Assembly: GCA_046045965.1 (NCBI GenBank)
Contig: JBJOKS010000005.1
Location: forward strand, 1-64,000
Direction of reading: 5' to 3'
Length of the DNA stretch: 64,000 nt
Source: Cyanobacteriota bacterium
GTDB taxonomy: Bacteria > Cyanobacteriota > Cyanobacteriia > Cyanobacteriales > Nostocaceae
The notes under the pieces are model-generated. The model saw nothing but the letters and a program-made list of their open reading frames with translations. It was not told the DNA's origin and did not search any database. Made by a program: the position numbers and the translations under genes. This document shows positions 38,935 to 48,680 of this stretch, piece by piece; position 1 is the first letter of the stretch; each line of letters opens with the position of its first letter.

Positions 38935-40011
38935 TTAGCGAGCTTGTCCATGAGCCGCAACTGCATCAATGGGCTTCATCAGGTATAGGTTTAATAACTG
39001 CCAACCATGAGAAACGTAAATTGGCAATTTTTGGAAGAATTGCAGGAATTTGGGAGTATTAGAGTTGGAAATTGCTGTCAATTTTTCGTTATTTTTGACA
39101 CAAACATCCAAACGCTGATAAAACTCTGGATTATCAACATCTAACATGAGTGGGAAGACTCGGCCTGCGGTTTCGTTGGTCTTCTTAATTACATAGATGT
39201 CATATTCTCTAGCATCTAAGCCAAGGGAAGCGTAGAAATCTTTGCGTTGAATATCATTGAGATACATGGTGGCAAACACTGACAACAAGAAGAACCGACT
39301 CCATAGTTTAGCCTTCCAATCATTCAGCATTTGAGGTTGCGCTCTCATGATGGCATCAAAGAAGTCACCATGACGGTTTTCATCCTGACACCAATTTTCA
39401 AAGAAGCGGAAAATTGGATAAATTCGATCTTCAGGATGGGATTCTAAATGACGATAAATGGTGATATAGCGCCAATAACCAATCTTCTCAGAAAGATAAG
39501 TAGCGTAAAAGATGAATTTGGGCTTAAAGAAGGTATAACTGCGGCTCTTGGTCAAAAACCCTAAATCTAGGGATAGATTAAAGTCTGACATTGCCTTGTT
39601 TAAAAATCCAGCATGACGCGCTTCGTCCCGTGACATGAGGTTAAAGCATTCTGCCAATACAGGGCTTTTATCTTTTAAGCGGCGACCGAGTTCTTTGTAC
39701 AGCAAGAAGCCGGAAAATTCCGCAGTACAGGAACGTTCCAGAAATTCAATGAACAACTGGCGAGTTTCCCCATCAATATGATCCCAGGATTGTTCAAACT
39801 CGGCATCCCGAACAAAGTGATGGCGGTTGTAGTCTACCCGAAATTCTTCGAGGATGGCCATTAACTCGTCTTCGTTGACGGAGATATCCATCCGTGCCAT
39901 TTCATCAAAATCAGTTGTGTAAAACCGGGGTGTTAAAAGGGTTTCCCTGGAGGGTACTTTTACCCCAGGACGCATTTCTTCAAAGCCTGGTTTTTTTAGG
40001 GAATCTACCAT
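38935..40011 (-). CDS. acsF: Mg-protoporphyrin IX monomethyl ester oxidative cyclase
   Basis: [38 protein letters not shown] di-iron motifs. Confidence 0.97.
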   Translation of the reverse strand: MVDSLKKPGFEEMRPGVKVPSRETLLTPRFYTTDFDEMARMDISVNEDELMAILEEFRVDYNRHHFVRDAEFEQSWDHIDGETRQLFIEFLERSCTAEFSGFLLYKELGRRLKDKSPVLAECFNLMSRDEARHAGFLNKAMSDFNLSLDLGFLTKSRSYTFFKPKFIFYATYLSEKIGYWRYITIYRHLESHPEDRIYPIFRFFENWCQDENRHGDFFDAIMRAQPQMLNDWKAKLWSRFFLLSVFATMYLNDIQRKDFYASLGLDAREYDIYVIKKTNETAGRVFPLMLDVDNPEFYQRLDVCVKNNEKLTAISNSNTPKFLQFFQKLPIYVSHGWQLLNLYLMKPIDAVAAHGQAR

Positions 40012-40325
40012 TTCTTGATTGCTCTTTTGTTTTTCTTAATTTTGAGTACACCAGACAGCTAAAGCTTATGCTCTCACAAGGTGCAGCTCCCGGACAATAA
40101 TTACATTTGTATGAAATCCAGTGTAACAAGGTCTAGATGCGAAAAAAGCAAATAAAAGGTTAAGAGTTGCAACAAATCTTGAGTTATTACGGAATCAGGA
40201 TCTGAAAATTGGTAGTCAGCTAAGATTATCAATCCCATGCTTAACGTTAAATGTTGAAGTAACATGGGTAAGAATTAGCTTAAATGAAAATAAATTTATA
40301 ACATAACACGCAGATTAGAAACAAT

Positions 40326-40820
40326 ATGAATACACAAAACAAGCCCAATAAAGACCGTCTTGCTGCTTCTTATATATTGTGTGCTGCTGGTTTCTTGGGT
40401 GTTGGCGGCTTGCACCGCTTGTACAATGGCAAGATCGGAACTGGTTTATTATGGTTTTGTACTTTCGGTTTATTTTACATAGGGCAGATTGTAGATTTAC
40501 TGCTAATTCCGGGTATGGTTGATGAATATGAACAAAATTTGCGACTCAAAGCAGGTTTGTCACCTCTGGGTTTACCACTCAATCAACCAATCGTCAATTC
40601 CCAAGTTTACCGCCCAACTGGCAACCAATTAATGGTTCAATTGCTGGAAGCCGCAGAAAGCAAGGGTGGTTATTTAACTGTGACTCAAGGTGTAAAGTCC
40701 ACTGGTGCTAGTTTTGCGGAAGTGGAAAAGGCGCTAAAAGAAATGATGAAATCAGGTTATGTGCGAATAGACAACGACCCCATTACTGGAGCCGTTACCT
40801 ACCATTTTCATGAGTTGTAA
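40326..40820 (+). CDS. TM2 domain protein
   Basis: GVGGLHRLYNGKIGTGLLW..DLLLIP; winged-helix-like C-terminus. Confidence 0.8.
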   Translation: MNTQNKPNKDRLAASYILCAAGFLGVGGLHRLYNGKIGTGLLWFCTFGLFYIGQIVDLLLIPGMVDEYEQNLRLKAGLSPLGLPLNQPIVNSQVYRPTGNQLMVQLLEAAESKGGYLTVTQGVKSTGASFAEVEKALKEMMKSGYVRIDNDPITGAVTYHFHEL

Positions 40821-40904
40821 ATATAGCCTTCAGCAGTCAGCTATCAGGAATCAGCTTTTCAAAACTCCTATCTGACAGGAGTTAAGGTCTTTTAGCTTGT
40901 ATGA

Positions 40905-40997
40905 ATCCGTACATAATCTAGATGGCAACCTATATACAAAGCCAGTTTTACTCCTGTACGGGCGAACGGCCGTTCGCCCCTCCTGACTCCTGCTGTA
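40905..40997 (-). mobile_element. Partial MITE (same family as 52116-52239) carrying the 20-bp palindromic insert
   Basis: Reverse complement TACAGCAGGAGTCAGGA[..]CAGGAGTAAAACTGGCTTTGTATATAGGTT matches the element at 52116. Confidence 0.65.
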
Positions 40998-40998
40998 A

Positions 40999-41562
40999 TT
41001 AATTTCTACCTAGCCATTTTTGACCGTTTAAACGGTAGACTAGGCGAGATACTAATAAATCAAGGGTAATTTTGCGCTCATCAATTAAGAATGACTCTAG
41101 GGTGCTGGGTTTTTTCCCTTCGTTACAGGAAAATCCCTTTTTCCCTTGAATGTCTGCTTCGGGGAAATAGACGTTAAACTGTCGTTGTCCATTTTGCCAA
41201 GAGCCGATAATTTGCCAGCATTCTTCCGCTGAGTTAAAACCAATAATCGGATACTTCTCTTTGGCAAAAGTCAACTGTACATCGGGAACTCCTTCCTGTG
41301 CGATCGCCTTTTGCAAAGCTGGTAAGTATTCTTGCTGGATAAACTCTTCAAATGGCTTATCTTCCACAGCGGGAGGTTTTTCCTTTTTGGCAGCTTTAGC
41401 AGCAGCGGGTTTTTCTCCAGCGGGTGCAGCAGCGTTGGGGTTAACTGCTGGGTTTGCGGCTTTGGGGTCTGGTGTGTTAGCTGTAGGTAGGTTTGACGCT
41501 ACTGGTGCATCATTGCTGGGAGCTGCTTCTCCCGATAGATTTTGATTGGTTTCTTCTGCCAT
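40999..41562 (-). CDS. DUF2996 family protein (NdhV-like)
   Basis: Ala/Pro-rich N-terminus; EDKPFEEFI, ESFLIDERKITLDLLV, QKWLGRN. Confidence 0.75.
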   Translation of the reverse strand: MAEETNQNLSGEAAPSNDAPVASNLPTANTPDPKAANPAVNPNAAAPAGEKPAAAKAAKKEKPPAVEDKPFEEFIQQEYLPALQKAIAQEGVPDVQLTFAKEKYPIIGFNSAEECWQIIGSWQNGQRQFNVYFPEADIQGKKGFSCNEGKKPSTLESFLIDERKITLDLLVSRLVYRLNGQKWLGRN

Positions 41563-41752
41563 TGCTCAGGTCAATCCTTTAATCTAGCTTTTAGAGCGAG
41601 TTGCTCACCTTGTGATAGCTCATTTACCTTTATTTTGACATACTGCAAATTTTATTCTGATCGCAGTTTGTGAATTTGAACTGATAGCATAAAAAATAAT
41701 CTGGAATGGCAAGAACAACTGATACCACCCAGATCATAATATCTAAAATATC

Positions 41753-42028
41753 TCAACCACCTGCAACAGCAGGAACTATACTTACTTCATCACCATCTTT
41801 CAATGTTGTTTCTGTCCCTTCTAAAAAACGGATGTCTTCGCTATTAACATACAAGTTCAGAAAGCGGCGTGGTTTTCCGGCTTCATCGCACAAACGCGAC
41901 TTGATACCAGGACAAGCTTTCTCTAAAGAGTCAAATAATTCGGAAATGTTGCTACCACTGCATTCTAAGACAGCTTGATTATTTGTAAATTTTTGGAGAG
42001 CAGTAGGGACTAAAACTGTTACGGCCAT
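41753..42028 (-). CDS. MoaD/ThiS-family (CysO-like) sulfur carrier
   Basis: [22 protein letters not shown]. Confidence 0.88.
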   Translation of the reverse strand: MAVTVLVPTALQKFTNNQAVLECSGSNISELFDSLEKACPGIKSRLCDEAGKPRRFLNLYVNSEDIRFLEGTETTLKDGDEVSIVPAVAGG

Positions 42029-42122
42029 GGTTAATTATCAGTTATCAATTATCAATTATCAATTATCAGTGGTCATTGATCATTTCTTGATTTGCTCATC
42101 ACCAATGACCACTGACTAAGGA

Positions 42123-43427
42123 CTAAACAAGAACTTGTTGCCATTCTAGGCGATCCAGTGTGCGGGATCTTTCTAGGGCCCGTTCAAAACTATCGAGTTT
42201 AGCATCAATGGTCAAAGGTTCACCAACGTAACCTTGTACTGCTTCTTGGGTTTTCAACCCGTTACCAGTGATGTACACAACTGTAGTTTCATCTGGATCA
42301 ATTTTGCCAGCTTCGACTAATTTTTTTAGCACTGCTATGGTTGTACCACCTGCTGTTTCGGTGAAGATACCTTCGGTTTCTGCTAACAGTTTGATACCTT
42401 CGATAATTTCTGCATCGGTGACAGATTCAATGTTACCGCCTGTTTTTTGTGCGATTTCTACAGCATAAACCCCATCGGCTGGGTTGCCAATAGCAATAGA
42501 TTTAGCAATGGTGTTAGGTTTAACGGGTTGAATAAAGTCTCTTCCTTCTTTAAAGGCTGTAGCGATGGGGGAACAGCCTTCTGCTTGAGCGCCGCTGAAA
42601 CGGACATTTTTACCTTCTACTAAACCAACTTCTACAAATTCGTTGAAACCTTTATAAATCTTGGTAAACAGAGAACCAGAAGCTAGAGGTGCAACTATAT
42701 GATCAGGTAGTTCCCAACCTAGTTGTTCTGCAACTTCAAAGCCTAGTGTTTTAGAACCTTCGGAATAATAAGGACGTAAGTTAATATTGACAAACCCCCA
42801 ACCGTGTGTATTAGCAACTTCTGAACAAAGACGGTTAACTTGATCGTAATTGCCTTTTACAGCCATCAGGGTAGGACTGTATATTAAGCTACCCAATACT
42901 TTACCAGCTTCTAAGTCTGAAGGAATGAATACACAACAGTCTAAACCAGCATGGGCAGCGATCGCAGCGGTTGAATTTGCCAAGTTGCCGGTACTAGCGC
43001 AGGAAACTGTCGTAAACCCTAATTCTCTGGCTCTGCTTAGTGCCACGGACACCACCCGATCCTTAAAGCTCAGGGTGGGCATATTAACGGCATCATTTTT
43101 AATATAAAGTTTATTTAAACCCAGGCGACGGGCAAGACGGTGGGAACGCACCAGGGGAGTCATACCTGTTCCCACATCTATATAATTGTCGGTAGCAACG
43201 GGTAAAAAGTGACGGTAACGCCAAATAGAGTTGGGACCAGCTTCAATAGTTTCTCGACTGACAGACTGACGCAAAACATCATAGTCATACTTGACTTCCA
43301 ATGGACCGAAGCATAACTCACAAACATGACTAGCTTGGAGTTCGTATTCCGCACCACATTCTTTACACTTCAATGCTTTCAATATAGAAGTGTTGGCTTT
43401 GTTTAAGTTTGCGATGGCCTGAGTCAT
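42123..43427 (-). CDS. thrC: Threonine synthase-like PLP enzyme (fold type II)
   Basis: N-terminal CKEC..CELC; PTLSFKDR PLP lysine; ASTGN; ITGNGLK. Confidence 0.8.
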   Translation of the reverse strand: MTQAIANLNKANTSILKALKCKECGAEYELQASHVCELCFGPLEVKYDYDVLRQSVSRETIEAGPNSIWRYRHFLPVATDNYIDVGTGMTPLVRSHRLARRLGLNKLYIKNDAVNMPTLSFKDRVVSVALSRARELGFTTVSCASTGNLANSTAAIAAHAGLDCCVFIPSDLEAGKVLGSLIYSPTLMAVKGNYDQVNRLCSEVANTHGWGFVNINLRPYYSEGSKTLGFEVAEQLGWELPDHIVAPLASGSLFTKIYKGFNEFVEVGLVEGKNVRFSGAQAEGCSPIATAFKEGRDFIQPVKPNTIAKSIAIGNPADGVYAVEIAQKTGGNIESVTDAEIIEGIKLLAETEGIFTETAGGTTIAVLKKLVEAGKIDPDETTVVYITGNGLKTQEAVQGYVGEPLTIDAKLDSFERALERSRTLDRLEWQQVLV

Positions 43428-43464
43428 AAACTAGCTTTCCCCGTATATCCGTCAACTTTGGATT

Positions 43465-43520
43465 ACTCTAACACGACCAAAAATACACGTCAAACATACC
43501 CGATAAAAATAGTCGGGTAT
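43465..43520 (-). promoter_or_regulatory. Sigma70 promoter with an adjacent Rrf2-type operator
   Basis: TTGACG(43493-43488)-N17-TAGAGT(43470-43465); dyad ATACCCGATAAAAATAGTCGGGTAT at 43496-43520. Confidence 0.65.
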
Positions 43521-43628
43521 CGGGGACTGGGGACTGGGGACTGGTACAAATCTTTTCTTCCCCTGCCTCCCCTGCCTCCCCTGCCTCCCCTGCTTCCCCT
43601 GCCTCTTGCCTCCTGCCTCCTGCCTCCT
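43521..43628. repeat. STRR arrays (GGGGACT; CCCCTGCCT; CTCCTGC)
   Basis: Tandem short repeats. Confidence 0.85.
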
Positions 43629-43888
43629 CAACCACCGCTTACGGGGGGAATGAGTACGACTTCATCACCGTTTTTGAGAGGTGTGTCTGGTTCCACAAAG
43701 ATCAGATTAATGCCAAAGCGGGTAACATCACGCCATTTGCTGAGGTTTGGGTGTTCGGAGATGAGGCGATCGCACACTGCTTTGACTGGTGTATCATGAG
43801 GAAATTCCAGCATTAGTTCCGTAAGACCATAAGCCTCTTGATAGGCAGCGAACAATTTAACGGTTACAGTGATTACAGATTGAGACAT
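43628..43888 (-). CDS. moaD: Molybdopterin converting factor small subunit-like sulfur carrier
   Basis: VKLFAAYQE..GDEVVLIPPVSGG. Confidence 0.82.
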   Translation of the reverse strand: MSQSVITVTVKLFAAYQEAYGLTELMLEFPHDTPVKAVCDRLISEHPNLSKWRDVTRFGINLIFVEPDTPLKNGDEVVLIPPVSGG

Positions 43889-43938
43889 ACGATAATTTTT
43901 TTTACACCCTGGTTTACTGAATTATTAAAAGAAGTGGA

Positions 43939-45267
43939 ATGCAAGCCGAATTTAACTTTTTTCAGCACTGGTATCCTCTCTCACCAATTGAAGACCTTGA
44001 TCCACAGCAGCCAGTTCCCGTAACTTTATTAGGAATTAGATTAGTTATTTGCAAGCCGAGATCATCTGAGAATTACCGGGTATTTTTAGATCAGTGTCCT
44101 CACCGTCTAGCACCCTTAAGCGAGGGTCGTATTGATGACAAAACGGGTAATTTGATGTGTAGTTATCATGGTTGGCAATTTGATCAGCAAGGTATCTGTA
44201 CTCATATTCCCCAAGCTGAAAATCCTGAAATTGTTGCTAAAAATCAACAAAATTTTTGTGTAGTTTCCCTACCAGTGCGTCAGGAACAAGATTTACTTTG
44301 GGTCTGGCCTGATGCTAAAACAGCAGAATTAGCTGCAACTACACCCCTACCTTTATCACCACAAATAGACGCTAACAAAGGTTTTGTCTGGTTTTCTTAT
44401 GTGCGTGATTTAGAATATGATTGGCAGACTTTGGTAGAAAATATAGCAGATCCTAGTCATGTACCTTTTGCTCATCATGGGGTACAAGGGACGCGGGAAC
44501 AAGGAAAGCCCATATTCATGGAAATTGTGCAATCAAACGCAAATTTAATTAAAGTAAATACTACTGGAGGCTTCCAAATAGCACTTACTTTTGAACCACC
44601 TTGTCGTTTAGAATATGAAGTTGTTATTCATAATACAGATAAACAAATTGGAATAGTTGCTTACTGTATTCCTATAGCGCCAGGTAAATGTAGAATTGTC
44701 GGTCAATTCTGCCGAAACTTTGCTCAAACAAAGCATCGTTTCACACCCCGTTGGTGGGATCATATCAAAATAAGAAATTTGGTTTTTGATGGTGATATGA
44801 TGCTGTTAAATCAGCAAGAATATTTATTGCAACAAAAACAATCAAGGGAAAGTTGGAAAACTGCCTATAAACTACCTACAAGTGCAGACCGTTTAGTAAT
44901 TGAATTTAGAACTTGGTTTGATAAATATTGTCAAGGTCAGCTACCTTGGAATGAGATAGGTATTAGTAATACAGAATCCAAAATCAATAATAAACGTCTT
45001 GAGATGTTGGATCGTTACCAACAACATACTCAGCATTGTAGTAGTTGTCGCCATGCACTGAAAAATTTCCAACGTTTGCAAATTGCTCTTTTGTCCTATT
45101 TTGTAGTTGCTGTATCTGGAGTTGCTATCCTTCCTGATGATTTGCGTATTCAGGTAGGTTTACCATTAATAATTACAGCACTTTTAGGCATGGGAGTTTA
45201 TGCTGGGTTGAAATTTTGGCTCATCCCTAAATTCTACTTTGTAGATTATGTTCACGCCAAGAAGTGA
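43939..45267 (+). CDS. Rieske oxygenase, pheophorbide a oxygenase (PaO)-like
   Basis: CPHRLAPLSEG..CSYHGW; ENIADPSHVPFAHH; HTQHCSSC; C-terminal TMs. Confidence 0.88.
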   Translation: MQAEFNFFQHWYPLSPIEDLDPQQPVPVTLLGIRLVICKPRSSENYRVFLDQCPHRLAPLSEGRIDDKTGNLMCSYHGWQFDQQGICTHIPQAENPEIVAKNQQNFCVVSLPVRQEQDLLWVWPDAKTAELAATTPLPLSPQIDANKGFVWFSYVRDLEYDWQTLVENIADPSHVPFAHHGVQGTREQGKPIFMEIVQSNANLIKVNTTGGFQIALTFEPPCRLEYEVVIHNTDKQIGIVAYCIPIAPGKCRIVGQFCRNFAQTKHRFTPRWWDHIKIRNLVFDGDMMLLNQQEYLLQQKQSRESWKTAYKLPTSADRLVIEFRTWFDKYCQGQLPWNEIGISNTESKINNKRLEMLDRYQQHTQHCSSCRHALKNFQRLQIALLSYFVVAVSGVAILPDDLRIQVGLPLIITALLGMGVYAGLKFWLIPKFYFVDYVHAKK

Positions 45268-45304
45268 GCCAAAGAAATTAGTGGAAAAGCAGAAAATATG
45301 CAAT

Positions 45305-45919
45305 TTAGAATTTAATCCCCAAACGTTCAAAATCGCGCTGGACTTCGTTAAACAGAGCTTTATTGTGAGGATCTGTCTTGATAGCCTTTTTCAGATAAAT
45401 TCTGGCTTTTGGCAATTGTTTTTCAGCAATGAGCGCCCTGCCCCAGATTTGATAAGATATGGCTTGCCATTGTTTGACTTCCATATCACCTGGTAATCTA
45501 GCTGCTAAAGCCTCAACTAGAGCGATCGCTTGAGGAAAACGTTTTTCTTGTAAAAACCGCTGCAACTGCTCATAAGTCTTCCACTTTAACCGCTGTTCTA
45601 TATCCTCTACCGTGGGTGGATGTGGCATCACCGTTGTTGTTGATGCTGACTCCTGGGGTGTTACCTCAGTGTAACTACCCACAGAAGTTGCTGAAGTAAA
45701 GGAAATATGTGATTTTTCGGCTATTTCCTCCAGCGGTACTACCGTTTGTAGGAGTTTGTAAGCTTCAGTCAAGGCAATAAATTTGTCTTTAGATTTTTCA
45801 TCATCTGGGTTGATATCGGGATGATATTGCTGTACCAGTCGGCGGTAAGACGCTTTGATTTCAGCAAAAGAGGCTCCTGACCTTAACCCCAATAAACGGT
45901 AGCAATCTCCGAGATCCAT
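45305..45919 (-). CDS. J-domain (DnaJ-like) protein with TPR-like C-terminus
   Basis: YRLLGL..YHPD..LTEAY. Confidence 0.88.
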   Translation of the reverse strand: MDLGDCYRLLGLRSGASFAEIKASYRRLVQQYHPDINPDDEKSKDKFIALTEAYKLLQTVVPLEEIAEKSHISFTSATSVGSYTEVTPQESASTTTVMPHPPTVEDIEQRLKWKTYEQLQRFLQEKRFPQAIALVEALAARLPGDMEVKQWQAISYQIWGRALIAEKQLPKARIYLKKAIKTDPHNKALFNEVQRDFERLGIKF

Positions 45920-46018
45920 GTTTCGTTACTCCAATTCAAAATTCAAAATTAAAAATTCAAAATGAAGAATTCCTAGTTTTGAATTTTCAACTTTGAATTT
46001 TGAATCTATTTTCCCTTT

Positions 46019-46612
46019 TTAGATGCGTTCTTCAATCACACGGTCAATTAAACCATATTCCTTGGCTTCTTGAGCAGACATGAAGAAATCACGATCCATG
46101 TCTTTTTCAATTTTGGACAAAGCTTGACCAGTGTTATCAGCATAAATCTGATTTAGCTGACTACGAATTCGCAGAATTTCTCTGGCTTCAATTTCGATAT
46201 CAGAAGCTTGTCCGCGAGTACCACCGGAAGGTTGGTGAATCATGATCCGGGAGTGGGGTAAAGCCAAGCGTTTGCCCTTAGCGCCAGCTGTCAACAAGAA
46301 AGAACCCATTGAAGCAGCCAATCCAACGCATATTGTGACAACATCAGATTTGATGTGCTGCATGGTGTCATAAATCGCCAAACCAGATGTCACCATCCCA
46401 CCGGGGGAATTGATGTATAAATAAATATCCTTACCTGGGTCATCGGAATCCAAATAAAGCATAACAGCGATAATTTGGTTAGCAATTTCGTCATCCACAT
46501 CCCGTCCCAGGAAAATAATTCTCTCCCGGTACAGACGGTCATAAATGCTAATCCAATCAGTATACTGTCCTCCGGGCATCCGGTAAGGAACTTTAGGAAC
46601 GCCTATAGGCAT
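46019..46612 (-). CDS. clpP: ATP-dependent Clp protease proteolytic subunit (ClpP3-type)
   Basis: [15 protein letters not shown] catalytic Ser; MIHQP; DRD. Confidence 0.95.
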   Translation of the reverse strand: MPIGVPKVPYRMPGGQYTDWISIYDRLYRERIIFLGRDVDDEIANQIIAVMLYLDSDDPGKDIYLYINSPGGMVTSGLAIYDTMQHIKSDVVTICVGLAASMGSFLLTAGAKGKRLALPHSRIMIHQPSGGTRGQASDIEIEAREILRIRSQLNQIYADNTGQALSKIEKDMDRDFFMSAQEAKEYGLIDRVIEERI

Positions 46613-46648
46613 TTTTCGGTACTCCGTTTGTAATTAGTTATTAGTCAA

Positions 46649-46764
46649 GGGGACTGGGGACTGGGGACTGGAGACTGGGGACTGGGGACTGGGGACTGGG
46701 GACTGGGAAAGAATTTTCTCTCCTGCCTCCTGCCTCCTGCCTCCTGCCTCCTGCCTCCTGCCTT
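46649..46764. repeat. STRR arrays (GGGGACT)n and (CTCCTGC)n
   Basis: Tandem heptamers between clpR and clpP. Confidence 0.85.
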
Positions 46765-46765
46765 C

Positions 46766-47428
46766 TTAAAGCACACTTGCAGGAAGTGGAGGGTTGGCGA
46801 GTTCTTCTTTTTCAAACACGCGGTCAATTAAACCATACTCCTTGGCTTGATAAGGAGTCATGTAGAAGAGGCGATCCATATCTTTGGTAATTTTTTCTAC
46901 CTGCTGACCAGTGGTGTGAGACAGAATATCAACCATTGATACCTTGTTTGCCAAAACTTCCCTAGCTCGAATTTGAATATCCGTTGCTTGGCCTTGGGCG
47001 TAGCTCTTGGGCTGATGCAGGATAATGTTGGAGTTGGGCAAACTAGCACGACAGCCCTTTGTCCCAGCACTGAGAAGCATTGCTGCCATACCCATCGCCG
47101 AACCGATGCAAATGGTGTGGATGGGGGGCTTGATGTATTTCATGGTGTCATAGATAGCGAAGGCTTCGGTTTCAAAACCGATAGGTTCGCCACTGTAACC
47201 AGAAGTACCGGTGGAGTTGATGTAGATTTTAATTGGCTTTTCGGGGTCGTCGGATTGTAAAAATAGCAATTCAGCGATGATTAATTCCGTGACAGCAGGA
47301 ACTAATGGCATCCCCAGATAAACTATTCTCTCCTTTAGTAGCAGGGAAGGTAAATCTGGTGGCGGTGTCCGGTAGGAGCTATCGCCGTAATAGGGGGCTT
47401 GTACAGCCTTGATGGGGGAAATGTCCAT
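46766..47428 (-). CDS. clpR: Non-catalytic Clp subunit ClpR
   Basis: TPPPDLPSLLLKERIVYLG; catalytic Ser replaced (AMGMA); upstream of clpP3. Confidence 0.88.
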   Translation of the reverse strand: MDISPIKAVQAPYYGDSSYRTPPPDLPSLLLKERIVYLGMPLVPAVTELIIAELLFLQSDDPEKPIKIYINSTGTSGYSGEPIGFETEAFAIYDTMKYIKPPIHTICIGSAMGMAAMLLSAGTKGCRASLPNSNIILHQPKSYAQGQATDIQIRAREVLANKVSMVDILSHTTGQQVEKITKDMDRLFYMTPYQAKEYGLIDRVFEKEELANPPLPASVL

Positions 47429-47714
47429 AGCAACTGAATCGCCTGAAACTATGCCGTTAACTGTATTACATCCTAGCGCGATGCTAACTTTATTAGGGTG
47501 TGGATTTCTCTCTCGTGGTCAAGAAAGCTAGGTTGCCATAGCCATCCTCAACCAATTGTGATATCGCTTATAAAAAGTGTACAGCGCACATAATTTTCCC
47601 GGATACTGTTCATTTATTCAGAGAATAGGGAATGATAGGCATATATGTTGAAGTCCGTTAGTAGTGACTACTTCCAGCTTTTTGATAGTTATTGAGACCG
47701 AGAATATTTGACCT

Positions 47715-48680
47715 ATGGCTTATTATCAGTGGAAAATATCTATCTACCTATCCCAAAAACAAGGGGTATCATTGATACTTGTGTTGACAATGCTGCTTTT
47801 TAGTCCGGGATGTTCTAGTCAGGAAAATAAAACCTTTCCCAGTCTAGACTCCTCAGTAACTAGTCAGGAGTCTGCTGTAGATAAACAATCAGAAACACTG
47901 CACATTGCGGTGATACCTGCTCAATCTTCTCAGAAACAAGCTGAACAATTAAAAGCTTTGGCTGAATATTTAGCAAAAAGTATAGGACGCAAATTTGATA
48001 TTCAGGTGCAGAAAGATTATGAAACAGCTGTAAACTTGTTAGTTACAGAAAAAGTACAGATTGCTTATTTGGGTCCACTCAGTTATGTCAAAGCCAAGCA
48101 AAAAAATCCTCAGATTGAACCGATAGTTGCACCAATTACTAAAGCCACTGGTAGACCTTGGCATACTAGCATGATTATTGCTAATGCGACGAAGATCAAA
48201 ACTGTAAAAGATTTGCCAAATAAACGATTTGGATTTGTCAGTAAGTCTTCTACCACAGGTTTTTTAGTTCCTTCAGTAGAGTTATTTAAAAAAGAAAAAA
48301 TAGAGCCTGAAAAAACTTTTAGTGAAGTTAAATATTTGGGTAGTCATGATAAAGCTTTAGCAGCGTTAATTGCTGGAGAAGTTGATGCTGTAGCTGTGGA
48401 ACAAGAAGCTTATGTAAAAGCACAGCAAGAAAAAAAACTTGACCAAACAAAGTATATTAAAATTTGGGAATCATCGCCATTACCAACAGCACCAATTGTT
48501 ATATCCACTAAGCTTGCTCCCAAATTAATTAATTCTCTCAAGAAAGCACTAATTGATGCTCCAGATGGGATTGTAGCAGTTTCAGGAGTGGAAACCGCAG
48601 GATATACCCTTGTAGATGATATGAGCTATGAACCAATTAGGCAGTTGCAAGCAAAGTTAGATGAAAAAACTCAAAAATAA
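47715..48680 (+). CDS. Phosphate/phosphonate-type (PhnD-like) substrate-binding lipoprotein
   Basis: Lipobox-like SPGC; AYLGPLSYV, SSTTGFLVP, GSHD. Confidence 0.8.
   Translation: MAYYQWKISIYLSQKQGVSLILVLTMLLFSPGCSSQENKTFPSLDSSVTSQESAVDKQSETLHIAVIPAQSSQKQAEQLKALAEYLAKSIGRKFDIQVQKDYETAVNLLVTEKVQIAYLGPLSYVKAKQKNPQIEPIVAPITKATGRPWHTSMIIANATKIKTVKDLPNKRFGFVSKSSTTGFLVPSVELFKKEKIEPEKTFSEVKYLGSHDKALAALIAGEVDAVAVEQEAYVKAQQEKKLDQTKYIKIWESSPLPTAPIVISTKLAPKLINSLKKALIDAPDGIVAVSGVETAGYTLVDDMSYEPIRQLQAKLDEKTQK

Noticed and set aside
43458..43799. Short ORFs made of repeats or antisense to real genes (also 10451-10654, 46645-46827, 32345-32536, 21651-22058)
   Set aside because: Low-complexity repeat translations or shadow frames without recognisable motifs
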